DNA of 62,750 nucleotides, counting the filler, from Choristocarpus tenellus KU-1152 (Eukaryota > Protista > Phaeophyceae), in assembly GCA_964200185.2 (NCBI GenBank). It is 10 parts of 10 records of this genome, joined end to end, with 100 filler letters (N's around TTAATTAATTAA, not from the genome) between each part and the next. Parts side by side here need not be neighbours in the genome. Positions count along the whole stretch, not along the records: positions 51,078 to 54,135 come from CAXNAD020022620.1; positions 54,236 to 62,750 come from CAXNAD020004629.1; 8 more parts are not named here. One strand, written 5' to 3'. Position 1 is the first letter of the stretch. Each line of letters begins with the position of its first letter. The notes beneath the pieces are model-generated. The model was not told the origin of the DNA. It saw only the letters and a program-made list of their open reading frames with translations, and searched no databases. Positions 51,158-62,750 of the stretch are shown here, piece after piece. The position numbers and the translations under genes are program-made.

Positions 51158-52220
51158 AATGACTACAAAGTAAGTAATATATATATATATATATATGTCC
51201 ATTTATCTAGTGTAGTAAGAATGACTCTAACCATGGAAGGCTTGCAATGCATTGAGATACAGGTGTTACGAAAAAAACTAACAGATTGATGAACTACTCT
51301 GGAAGATAGTAGAAATACACAATACCCCTGGCCATGATCGAGTACATTTGTGGATGTAAGAAAACATTGCTCAAAACTGAGCCATCACACTAGTCCCACT
51401 CACTTGATGGTGTCTTCTTGTACAATTGTAAAAATCGTGAGCACAACCATTGTAGCCTTCCTTTCCTCTCTCCCGTCCCCAAACCAGTACTCATTATTTG
51501 CAGCATGCAAGTCACCCACTATCTCAACGACAGTACCAATAAACCAAGACGAACAACTCTATCACTTGTTTGGATCACAACCAACTACTCCAACCCCCCC
51601 TGTAAGAATCCCTCACTCCCCTATCGACTAACTTCTCTTGCTTTCTTGGGTCCGCTACCCCAACCCCAGCCCTATCCCTGGAAGTCACTTGCACAGCGCC
51701 TTGTCTGTTGGGTGAATATATCATACCTGGCTATGGGCACCCTTTCCCCCCGCCCCCCAATACCCCCCACTGTGCTGGAAATACAAGCTCTATGTGGACG
51801 AATGGAAGGACTTGCAAACTATTCTTGCATACACGACAAACTGCAACTTCAACTTTGACTTCAACTTTGAGATTGCACGACTTGTCGTTTCTGTGATACA
51901 CTCAAACACACTACTGCTGACGAACAGACAGGGGGATGATAGATCATGACCCAAAAAGACGCTGGGAGGAGGAGAGAGGTAAACAATTCAAGCAACAGTA
52001 GCAACACTGAGGTACTACTACTGCTGCTGTAGGGGAACATGCAAATAAAGAAAGAAATGTTTCTACCAATGGGGTGCCTCACACACCACACTTGTCCACT
52101 TGTTGGGCTAAATCTTCTTGCCTGTCCTCTCACAACATCACCCAAACACACAATAGACAAGACACTCTCAAGACAAGCCATGGCAGAAGTGCTCATGCGC
52201 TCAGGCAATGCGTGAGCCTC

Positions 52221-52382
52221 TCATGATTCCCCTTCATTGCCACTACTGCCACCTCCAAAGAGGCCTCCCAAGGCGTTATTGATGCCCCTGTCCAACCAAG
52301 AGTCCGAGTGAACCTGTGGTTGTTGATCTCTTTCGAACTTCTCCAAGTCCTCAAGTTCCTCCTCTGTTGGGATCATCTCCAT
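52221..52382 (-). CDS. Probable terminal exon of an unidentified gene
   Basis: AAG|ATG acceptor, then MEMIPTEEELEDLEKFERDQQPQVHSDSWLDRGINNALGGLFGGGSSGNEGES*. Protein-like, family not recognised. Confidence 0.45.
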   Translation of the reverse strand: MEMIPTEEELEDLEKFERDQQPQVHSDSWLDRGINNALGGLFGGGSSGNEGES

Positions 52383-54254
52383 CTTGTTATCGAGGTCATT
52401 TGAAGACAAAAAGTCACAAAGACAAAAAATATTATATTGGCAGGCAGAGTTCAAAACGTTGTGCTCTATTGGAGAACAGTACTTGAAGTGAATTCAGATC
52501 CATAAAAAAATAATTTCTTGACATGGAGTCACGCACACGCAACAATACAAACCTCAACCTAAAAAGTAAACTACAAAAGAAATATAATGAACTGTGAAAA
52601 AAAAAATCTCTTCAAAACATTTGAAAAAAAAAAATGGGGCAAAAAATTGCTTCCACTGATAGTATCGATCACCTGTACTTCAAAAACGTGTGGCATCACA
52701 CAAAACCTAGAGGATGGACATCATCGCTTTTATTATTATATTGGAGTAACATCATTAACAATGCAGTACTTCTAGGGTTAGGGTTAGCAGTATGGGCGAG
52801 GAACATACTCTTCAAGATGCACCAGAAGTGAGCATGTCAAGAGTACGCCAATCTGAAATCCGACACCGTGAACTAGAAGATGAGAATAATTGAACACACA
52901 CACACACACACATATATATATATTTCTTAAACAGACTATCGGGACTGTTCCATATAATTACTTGCGGCGGTTGTAATGACCTACATGACGTCATGTTCCG
53001 GACCAATGGCTAGAAGAAAAAGAAGTTGATAACATGAACAAGATCAGCGTGCTCGCAACACAGAGCAGTAGGATCTCCGCTGGGCTCATTCCCATCTGAT
53101 ACCCCAGGCCAACAGGGTACGACCAACGCCCTTGGCAAGCTTAATGCCCCGGTGAAAGGTCGCCTTCTTCTATCCCCTATCTCGACCTCCGAGGCGTGCA
53201 TCAGGTGCCCCACTGGTAGGGGGACTATCGTTCACTGATCTACAAGTTTTTTCGTTCCATACTTCCTTCTTGAGGCGGAAAACTATTGACCCTGGGAATC
53301 CCTAACCTTTCTTATCTTGAACACCTCCACAACACCGTTGTTGTTGGCTTGGTCATGCTCACTGACAAACACCAAAACGGTACTTCACTTCCCATGTGAA
53401 GTCACTACACAGCAATACAGACTCCAAGAGGATATATACCACAGCACCTTCTTGACCTCCTCCAGTCCGTCGCCATTGCCCCCCCCCCCTTTGCCCTTCT
53501 CTTGAAGTCCATTCTATTCCTGCACCCTACTTTTGGAGTTAACCGACTCAACCTTAGCTCTCAAAGCTCCCTTCAAGTAGGTGGCAGGTGTGGTGAGCGT
53601 ATCATTGCCTGGCAAGATCCTGTATTACTTCTTGTGAGTTTTGATGTAACCTTTAGATGTCATGCCACACATGGGAGAACAGGCAAGACTCTTGGATGGG
53701 ATCCGCATGCGCTTGATGTTACACCCCCATCCCCATTCACGTTGAACTTAACATCCCAATCTCCTGTTGCTGGGTCAACCTTCTCAGCTCAAAGAATGGA
53801 CTTTCAAATGCATATTGCAATAATTTTTTTGAGGACAGGCATTACACCTGGTCCTGCCTCACAAAATCAACCCTGTCGAACCCACCGTGGACAATTTTAT
53901 TTTTCTTTCTTATTTTGTGGTTCAAGTGTGATTTGGGTACACATTAGTCTTGTTCCAGAGTCTCCAGCCCAAAACTCTAGGATAACTAAAAAAAAAGGTG
54001 ACAGAGTTGATATCTTGTTAATTCTCAAAATGACTGTACATTCCGTAGTAAGAAAATCAAGGAGACATATCACTGTGAAAGTACCCAAGGGGGTGGTGTG
54101 GACTGCTACACTTTTCACCCAGGGAGAGGGGGGGGNNNNNNNNNNNNNNNNNNNNNNNNNNNNNNNNNNNNNNNNNNNNTTAATTAATTAANNNNNNNNN
54201 NNNNNNNNNNNNNNNNNNNNNNNNNNNNNNNNNNNACGACCCCCCCGGTGCAGG

Positions 54255-54290
54255 CCCCCCCCCCCCCCCCCCTCCCAGATACTTTGGGTC
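54255..54290. mobile_element. MITE family B terminus at contig start
   Basis: Poly-C followed by CCCAGATACTTTGGGTC. Confidence 0.75.
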
Positions 54291-55060
54291 AGAGTACAGA
54301 GGTCCAAGGCGGGACTAGGACGACTGGAAGGACAAAGAGGGTGGAGCAGGACGGTCCTTTTCCAGACGACTGCAGGTCTATGATTGGCGGTATATAATGG
54401 GCTGCTATCATGGCTAGACCTGATGTGTCTTTTGCAGTTAGAGAGTTGGCATCTTGTGTAGAGAACCTAAGTTTTTCTGATTGATTGAATTCTAAGAGAG
54501 TGATTGGGCATTTTTTGGGTACTCATGAGCATGGCCTTACCTTAGGAGACTTTGGATTGTATGGGAATGGACTAAGGGATCGGTTGATTGGTTGTACAGA
54601 TGTTGACTATGCAAACTGCAAGGACAGTAGAATGTCTATTTCTGGTGGTGTTGTAATGTTTGGGGGAGGATGTGTTGACTCGTGGTCTAGGAAGCAGAAA
54701 TCGGTTACACTGTCTATTGCTGAGTCTGAGTATGTTGCACTGTGTGAGTTGGGGAAAGAGGTTAGGTTCCTCAACCAGTTGCACATATTCATACAACCAC
54801 GTTGTAAGGATTACTCGGTGTAAGTGTTAGAAGATAATGATGGTGCTATTATGATTGCACAGAAGGCAGTACCTGGTGGTAGAACCAAGCACATTGATAT
54901 TAGGTACCATTACGTACGCCAGTTGGAGAGGGAAGGAAATATAGCAATTGGATATTTGTCAACGGAGTTTTAACATGCTGATCGTTTTGCTAAGGTTTTG
55001 TCTAAGGAATCTTTCAATAGGCATTCCAGTGTTATCATGCGTAGAATGAAGTGGAATTGA
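54291..55060 (+). mobile_element. Decayed Ty1/copia pol 3' end (RT C-terminus and RNase H)
   Basis: One frame with several stops: ARPDVSFAVRELA, LIGCTDVDYANCKDSRMSISGG, WSRKQKSVTLSIAESEYVAL, EDNDGAI, RTKHIDIRYHYVR, HADRFAKVL. Confidence 0.93.
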
Positions 55061-55134
55061 TTTCTGTGTTGATTTTATGTCCAAGAATGTTTTTGAGGAG
55101 TTACTTTTCACTTGAAGTTCAAACCAGGGGAGTG

Positions 55135-55413
55135 TGTTAAGAATATGCTTTTCATTCATGGGTAAAAGAAGATTCTGTAGAAGAAACAATTAAGGATGGA
55201 GAGACTATGTTTTTGTTCTGAAGAATGAAGATATGTTTGGGTTCAAGAACTAGAATATGGAAGAGTTAAGGAACAGGAAGCATTGTGGGAAGTTATCTGT
55301 TACTAGTTTGATTAGTCATTCATCATAAAATAGAATTGATTTGGTGGAAAGGACCCCCCCCCCTTTGGGCTTTGATATTCACTCCTCCTTTCACCTTTCT
55401 TACTTCATCTACA
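55135..55413 (+). repeat. Putative 3' LTR of the copia element
   Basis: Purine tract AGGGGAG (55126-55132), then TGTT...ACA, just downstream of pol. No second LTR is present to confirm the boundaries. Confidence 0.5.
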
Positions 55414-55417
55414 GCCT

Positions 55418-55676
55418 GAGCCAAATTATCTTAGAGGGTACAGCCGCGTCCATTTGGGGACCAAAATCCTATGTTACAATTTTGGTGTAATTTTGACTAT
55501 CATGCTTGTTAGGAGATGTCAAATATCCTTGTCTGGACACTCCTTTTCATAACGTGTACATTTTACCTACTCCGAAACATTTTGGAGTCGGTAAAATATC
55601 AATAAAAACCCATGGGAAACCAAGCTCCACATGGACAAACAGGACAAAATTCGTACCCTCCAAGATACTTTCACTC
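55418..55676. mobile_element. MITE family A copy 6
   Basis: GAGCCAAATTATCTTAGAGGGTAC ... GTACCCTCCAAGATACTTTCACTC; flanks GCCT/ACCT (3 of 4 match). Confidence 0.9.
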
Positions 55677-58484
55677 ACCTGTTCTACACAAAAAGGAATG
55701 AATCGAGCAATTAACATACACAAGTCTTTTGAATATCAATTTCTTTCACACACACACACACCCGCAGATACTTTGAGTCTGAGGCAGATTTGTTTTGTTG
55801 TAGTTTGAAGGACTACCTTGTTCCACTACACGAAGTGGGTCGGTGTTGAATAGCTTCAGGTGGAAGGGCTTGCCGCCAGAGCTGCTGGTGGTTACATAGT
55901 GAACATACATTGTTTATTCATTGTTCACTGGGCCTTTGTCTTAGCCATCAATTATCTCTGACGTATGACCAAAGACTGACCCATCTCACCCCTACGTGCA
56001 TTACTACTCTGTATTGTACCGAAGTGAAGATAAACCTACATAAAACTATGCTATATGCGTGTATCAGCACACACAACGTAAGCATAACACTAGTTATTCG
56101 ACAGTCGGCGCAAGAAGTGACACTGGACTCGTTGTTGAGACTCGGAATGCCCGGGGGATGCCTGTGTACAAAGTACTGTCGAAACAACTCATGCAGGATA
56201 GCTTCATGTGCCTTATGCTCACTGGTGGAAACTAGCTCCTTCTTAACCATTACCGTATAACAAATTCTCGAAGAGAATCGTGATAAACCTACATTGAAAT
56301 CAGGTGCAGTTATAGTTGTCTCCCATCTTTATCAGACTTGAAGAACTTGGTAGGTACAAGGTCTTTAGTGGAGTGGGCATACAACACAGAGGGCTGGTTG
56401 GAAAGACCTGGAGTACTTTTCTCATCAGAAGAAGAACGAGATAGTAGTGGTACAATTATTCCGGTATATTGTTTTTTTCACTACAATGCATATAGATGAC
56501 AAACAATGGGCGGTCAACACAGTCGTCGACTATTTCAAAATGACCAGGCCACACTAGAACCGGAAACAAATATATTCGAACAGGACCAATCTATGGCCGT
56601 CAACTACTTCTATATGTCTGAGCCACGGATCATGGCCGCATAAACGAGCCATGATAACTGCCCAGACCGATGAGAGGTTCTGCGATTTTGGTTCAGTTCA
56701 AATCAGGGGTTAGAAACGAACTACTCCTTCCAATAATAATAATCTCTCACAAGTGTAATATCCACAGACAGCCAACTGTATCTCAAGGACTTGATGAGAT
56801 TTGAACAAGATTCTTCATCACACCAAGTTGCTGTCTGAGAGGTACCAGACCTGTGGTCGAAAAGATAATCCAAAAGAATGTAATACGCACTGCTTGAGAA
56901 AAACAAGTGAGTGGTAATGTAGAAGAAAGGAAAAAGAAGTGCAAGAACAAAGAACAAGAACAAACAAGAACAGAGGAAAAAGAAACCGCAACCAAATGCT
57001 TTAAGATCGCTACAAATATAACCAATACTTCATGCTTCAATATGAGTACCAGTGAGGCCACTTATTACAATGTGGGGAACCAGAATGATCTTGATGAGCC
57101 TCCAAAAAATCACCACTTATGAACAGAGGAATGTAGTGTGAAAGCAGCATCCACAGACAGTGGTAGAGGTGGATACCATGCTTCAATATCATTTTTCGCG
57201 TCATATTTTTAGGGTACCGCAACGATGGAAATGTTACTGAGATAACAGCACAGACGGAAGCCATGGGTATTTCACAAGATTGTCACGACAGCAAAGGAAT
57301 ATACCGTATTACCAGAGAAACAAAAATAGTTCACGAGTAAACACATCTCCAGCAAGGAATAGCAGCTCTTCAGGTATAACTCGCCTTGTACAGGAGTAGG
57401 AATGATGCAACAGGAATGCTGTGAGTTGTTACAGAGGAGCAATTAGTTTATATATAGATGGGGTATACAAACACCCTGTGAAAGCAGAAATATTTCTCTG
57501 AAGAGTAAGGTTAGCTTCTCCAACCAAAGACTACGTACTATTTTTTATTAGGATTGTCTGATAACGTCGGTAGAGTCTATTCGAAAAGTAGCAACCGCTA
57601 ATTATACACAGCTCAAACATGAAACAGGCTGAAAAAAATAACTTAATTTCACATATTTGTGGTTGTTGGAGAACCAACATCATCGCAAAGAGTTACCTTT
57701 CTAATAAAAGAGCTATAACCTTACAATTCGTCTACTCGTACAATAGGAGGAGGGCAAGGGTACCCACGACGACAATGGCATGACCGAAAGAACTCTTAAC
57801 AGCCCATTCTTGGTATCTGGTGCCCTGACTGCAATGAACGACTTGGCTGCAAACGTTGAACAATATTTGTAATGCAACTTTTCTTTGTTAGGTGTGGATA
57901 ATTTGCTCACTATTACTGTATCAACTTTCACAGACATCGTTCTGTTGCCTCTGTGCTACATATGACCTCAGATCTATAAATTGTGCCATTTACAAAAAAC
58001 CAAACCAAAAATATGTTCTTTCCTGTCAGGAGGACAAAAAGTCAATCGTCTTCTCAACTACAACAACAGAGCTCCAGAGCAGGACTGAAGACCTAATAAC
58101 GAAATCGCTATTCTACACCATATGCAGGTATTCCAGGGTAGAAAACATGGCAGGCAAAATCACATGTTAGTAAAGTACAGAAAAAAAAATACCTAACCCA
58201 CTTGCAGTTTCCCCTTTCTTCACCAACAGTGAGTTTCCTTAGTTCACATAGGGAGAAGGAAAGAATAACCTAACATAATCAAACATGGAGCCTGACTGAA
58301 CTCCGTTCAGTCCTATACCCCAGCATATCAGAGTACATAAAGTGACCTTATCGAAGATTGCCATCAACTCTAAAAAAGACATCACATTTCAAAGGGCAAG
58401 TTCTTCTGGCGAATCTCTGGATTACTCCAACACCATCCGCTTCCCTCATCATCACCAATCTCCGTAAGAGCTTCCAATGAGCAG

Positions 58485-60144
58485 TCAATAGTGAGTATCA
58501 CTACACCATCCTTCACTGGAAAAAATAGTCACAATCGCCACAGAAGCCAAGGCCACTGCCACCCCTACCACATTGCCTTCAAATGCTCTGACAGCCCCAT
58601 TTGTGTCTGTACCGGTAGCAGTGTCATCATCCCCTCCTGCAGGAAGGTCATCATCTCCACCTTGACCAGTTTCTGATAGACTAGGTTCCATGGTATCCAG
58701 GATAGTTGGCGCAAATGTTCCTCCCCCTGCTGATGTTGGGGAGGACGTCATCGCTGCTCCAGGTGCTGTGGTTACCCCCCCCTTCGAGGTTGGGGAGGGT
58801 GTTGTCGCTACTGCCGGTGTTGTGGTTATCCCACCAATTGGTGATGGGGTTGCCTGACCAGCGATAATGTTGGGTCCAATAGCACAGGCTGATACATCGT
58901 ACCAATACCCATCATAGCCATTCACGCAAAGTACAGAATTAGAGAAATCCAATACGACCTCATTGATAGGGTCGCTGCAAGTTGTGTCATCAGTTGCATA
59001 CGTCCAAGAAATGTAGGTGCCATCACTTTGACATGCAGTCTGAAAGTAGTAGGTCCCTGTTGATGCACTGCAGTCGCTTGTTGTGGCATTCGCACTAGAA
59101 AGAATGGGAATCTGAGTGGACTCAACCCCTGTTGGGTCGATGCATTCCCCATCACTGTACTGGTCTCCAATGAGGTGAAACTCCTCAAACGACGAAGGCC
59201 TTGGAATGGGTTCTGAATGAGACGTATAAAGATATTTAGGTGGATGCTCATGTCAGAAATACGGTATAAATAATGCGGTTTAAGCACATGAGCGGCAACA
59301 CAGAAACCTACAGGTTAAAATTGCATGTTTAGTTTGTTGTTGAATGCAGGGTATGCAAGTATGCGATGTATTGACATGAGTAGATACTCAAAGCGAAATG
59401 GAGCTTTAGTTGAGTACTGCATCGTACTACAGTCGAGCAGGTTAGCATGGTGGCCGGTACTTTGACGGGGTAACGAAGGTTACAGGAAGGAATACCTGAT
59501 TTGAAAATCAGCGGCTAACGGGACCATTGCTGTATCTCTGACCCCATTACTGTACACTGCATGTACTGCATAGTATACCAAACGTGACTTACCATCATCC
59601 ACGCAGATGACGCTGCACGAATTCCCTTCCAATGCTCCACAAGTAGTGGGAAGTGTAGTCGAATCATCAGTAGTCTGGCAACCTTGGACGTCAAGGGTGG
59701 TAGTCGCATCGCCTGAGCATGTATCACTCGCATAATATGAAGTGGACGTCTCCCCTGTAATGATATCGCAGGTAGAGATATACGAATACCCCACACCTTC
59801 TCCGCACTCATCAAACTCCACCGCACCTGGTAATACGTAGCACAATCAAAACAAGGGAGTATGAAGAGCCAATCCCAAGTCAACAAAAATGGTATGGTGC
59901 CAACCAGGAAATCTAGATACCGGCAACATCTGTGAAAGCATTGAGTCAAGCGTACGAGATGCTCACCCCCGGAGTCTTCGGCAAGAGGGAAAAACTCCTT
60001 GAAGGCCTTTGTATGGGTGATAATTGTAGTACATGTTGTATCCGAGTAGAGACTAGTTGTTTTCGCAGGTACCGCTCTTGCTCGCCGACCCAGCCAGCCG
60101 ACGAACACCGCTAGCCAAATCAATGTCCCCACCGTTTGAGCCAT
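58485..60144 (-). CDS. Complete 3-exon gene: 379-aa secreted Cys-rich protein with Thr/Pro-rich stalk and C-terminal hydrophobic anchor
   Basis: Exons 60144-59967, 59826-59593 and 59212-58485 (178+234+728 = 1140 nt), GT-AG with matching phases. Signal-peptide-like N-terminus, repeated Y.D..C motifs, TPSP/TTAP-rich region, VVGVAVALASVAIVTIF near the C-terminus. Confidence 0.85.
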
Positions 60145-61220
60145 TATGTTGCTGAGTGCTTTGGTGAAGGATAGGCTGGATTGGGGACAGTGGCAGGAGG
60201 ATGGTCAAAGATTGATTTGCTTGTTATATTCCACAAAGCACCAATAGTGGCAGCGGTGAGTTTGATATGGGGGGGTAAGTAAAACAAGAATAAATGAGGT
60301 TATATGGGAATGATGTGGGAATCACAGAAATATTTTGGGGTGGAAGCAAAAAAGAATAAATAATCACAACTTTTCCCCTTTCCCTTTTCGTCTCAATGAT
60401 TATTGTTATTCGTGTTACTACACAAAACAGGAAGACAAAAATGGACAGACAGATATTCCCCTATATATCCTCCCTTCAGAACAATAGAGACGATGGTGCG
60501 CTTAGGAAAATCATAGTCAAGATTCTCACACTCAATTAAATCATATAATAATTTTGTACCCTCTGACATTCTTCAGATGGAAAAACCAATGAAAACTATT
60601 CGCATGTCAGAATAAATCATATCCTCACATATAAAGTACCTGAGGCTTATCTCCTACTTCATATTATTCCCAACAGACTTAACACCAAAATAGTACTACT
60701 TACTGACTTTCTTAAGACTTTGGTAAAGAGTGTGCACACATTTTTTCTACTCCTTATCAAAACGATTTTATATCATTTACACTTTCAACTGTACCTTTCA
60801 CTTCTCTTTGGTATATACTATTCACTCTACAAATAATATACTTCCTACCTTTTGCAATGAAGTGAGGTTGGCTATCATCGTCCTCCTGAAGAGTAGGTCC
60901 TGTTGCTGGACATGTTTTGCCAGGAATGTGGTGAGAGGTGGTAGTGGTAGAGGTACAACTGAGTGACTTTTCCTATAAATGGCTTTTTTCTTGCTGTTGA
61001 GTTCTACAATACTTTACTGTAATTTTTCGAACGAACGCTTGTGAGGAGCTTGTTGAAATGAAGCACCTCACAGCGTGTTATGCATGCGTGTGTGCTCTGT
61101 TAGTATTTTATGGTGTGTCATATACCTCGCTCACCGACAATGATGCCTATTCCTATGCCTATTCTTTGTTTTGTGAGAACCCGATATGTTGTGTGTGAAC
61201 CTGAGTTATTTTCTGTACCA

Positions 61221-61531
61221 ATGCTACTATTACCATACTACTTCCAAGCATTGTAGCTACTACTACTGCAATGGTTCAAAACGGCTACAACAACAAAATC
61301 ACAAGAAAAGTTTACAATAACAATAATAATGTGAAGGAGGACAAATAATAGATGTGTGGGTGATGTTGGAGGGATGTACCGATGCTGCTACTACCATACT
61401 ACTTCAAGTATAACTAAAACAACTACTACTATGGTTTAAAACTTCTACAACAACAAAATCACAAGAAAAGGTTACAACAATAATAATGAGAAGGAGGACA
61501 AGTAATAGCTGAGTGAGTGATGATGGAGGAA
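61221..61531. repeat. Diverged two-copy tandem duplication, unit ~160 bp
   Basis: ATGCT.CTA.TACCATACTACTTC..CTACAACAACAAAATCACAAGAAAAG.TTACAA..GAAGGAGGACAA.TAATAG starts at ~61221 and again at ~61382. Confidence 0.85.
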
Positions 61532-61819
61532 CGAGAAAGGAGGAGGCGTCAGGTCCAGGACCATAGAGAAGAAGCGTGTGCTTGGTCTGATCCGCCCCAT
61601 ACATATATACGACCAAGTATCTCCATGACTTTCCTTATATCTCCACCTTAAGTCCTTAATAGGCAATATCAGCGATCACCAGTTTTGATTATCAAGAATG
61701 TACTTCGTGTATTGTACAAATAACATGGTAGAAGGAATGTTTATACAGTTCGTAACAGTCACGCCATGTCTCTACATATCCAAAGCACATGTATCTGCGT
61801 ACGGTTCATATGACTGAAC

Positions 61820-62200
61820 AGTTGAGGGAAGGTCCAATGCCAGACTTCTGAGCTCACCTGCTAGTGCACAGAGAGGTCTGCATTGTGCTTTATGCGGATT
61901 TCCGGGTCAAGGGTTGACTACTTCCCACCAGCCTCAAATATGACTATACACAAAGTTGTGCAGGCTATGCAGTTCATGAATGAACCGCTCATAGGGCATT
62001 TCACCTCTGGGCGACATACACGCCAAACCTTCTGTTTTGTGGTTGTTTTAACTCTGAACTCATGGCATCCTGTTGTGTGTCAGGTACACTTAGTGCATCC
62101 ACTAAACCCCTCTTCACAAGGTGACAAACCTCTATACAGAGCACGAATCTCTTCCTTTGATGTACCAAGGAATATCCAACATCACAATACCAAATAACCT
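61820..62200 (+). mobile_element. Possible highly decayed copia RT fragment
   Basis: SRVDYFPPAS and DKPLYRARISS weakly recall GVDY..TFAP and KSLYGL.QS with plausible spacing. Confidence 0.25.
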
Positions 62201-62536
62201 CTGAAAGCAATGTCACTAGGTTCATCAGCACAAATTCACCAGTGCTTCATTGCATTATGACACCCCTTAACCACAACCAACCTAACCATGCAAGAGGATG
62301 GTTCATTCAATTCCAGGTTCCAACAGGTTATGAGCCTCAACACCTAATTAACGCACGTGACCTCGTCTTGCACTACCTACCATCATTCTCCCACCTTCAC
62401 TACTCAAGATGAAACTACTCCAGCACCATGGAACGCACGCTAAACTACCCATTTCCTCTGGCGATGACTCCTCGTTGTGGGAACCTTGAGTTGTGTGTTA
62501 AAAGATAGGGTACTCATCCTTCGAAAACCTTCTTCT

Positions 62537-62714
62537 GACCCAAAGTATCTGGCGGCGGGGGGGGGTCTACACCAGGGTGTCCATTTGGACCAAAATAAGG
62601 AAAAGTGAATTTACATTATCTATCCAAAGTATTCAACCAAATCACCCAAAAATCACGACATAAGAAATTGACCCCAAATGGACAGCCCACCCGCCGCCCC
62701 CCCCCCCCCCCCCA
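62537..62714. mobile_element. MITE family B, near-complete copy
   Basis: GACCCAAAGTATCTGG..GTCTACACCAGGGTGTCCATTTGGACC..TTGACCCCAAATGGACAGCC then poly-C; right TIR missing. Confidence 0.88.
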
Positions 62715-62750
62715 CCCAACCCTCCACGTACTTTTTTTTTGACTTATTTT

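Noticed and set aside
53502-54191. 229-aa plus-strand ORF
   Set aside because: TTG start, runs into the spacer Ns, and no recognisable motif.
12005-54235. Nine identical TTAATTAATTAA palindromes as a biological repeat, and any gene linkage across them
   Set aside because: Each is centred in exactly 88 Ns and gives six-frame stops, so it is a contig-concatenation linker.
55948-57940. Assorted minus-strand ORFs and exon-like pieces
   Set aside because: I could not join them into a consistent gene or assign a family.

Overview
Eukaryotic, intron-rich, TE-rich DNA. A flagellated stramenopile such as a brown alga or close relative is my inference, from CFAP54, interstitial TTAGGG and the style of the retroelement proteins. 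The window is not contiguous: it is 10 short contigs joined by nine artificial 100-nt spacers (44N-TTAATTAATTAA-44N), so nothing should be inferred across spacers. Host genes found by manual exon stitching: 12 internal exons of CFAP54, one PPP (PP2A/PP4-type) phosphatase exon, four 5' exons of an SLC35F/DMT transporter, SMC4 exon 1 head-to-head with a 62-aa single-TM ORF, and one complete 3-exon gene for a secreted Cys-rich, mucin-stalked surface protein. Much of the rest is decayed TEs: RTE-like LINE, Ty3/gypsy, Ty1/copia, hAT and Sola-like transposases. Highlights: (1) two related MITE families share a terminal AAAGTATCT core and a subterminal GTCCATTTGG box; (2) two family A copies (GAG...CTC ends, 4-bp TSDs, Sola2-like) sit inside a Sola-type transposase exon whose reading frame is restored by removing them; (3) a gypsy gag-pro element has a long decayed antisense ORF of unknown family upstream, possibly inside a ~1.9-kb LTR. 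All protein identifications are motif recognition by eye; no searches were run.
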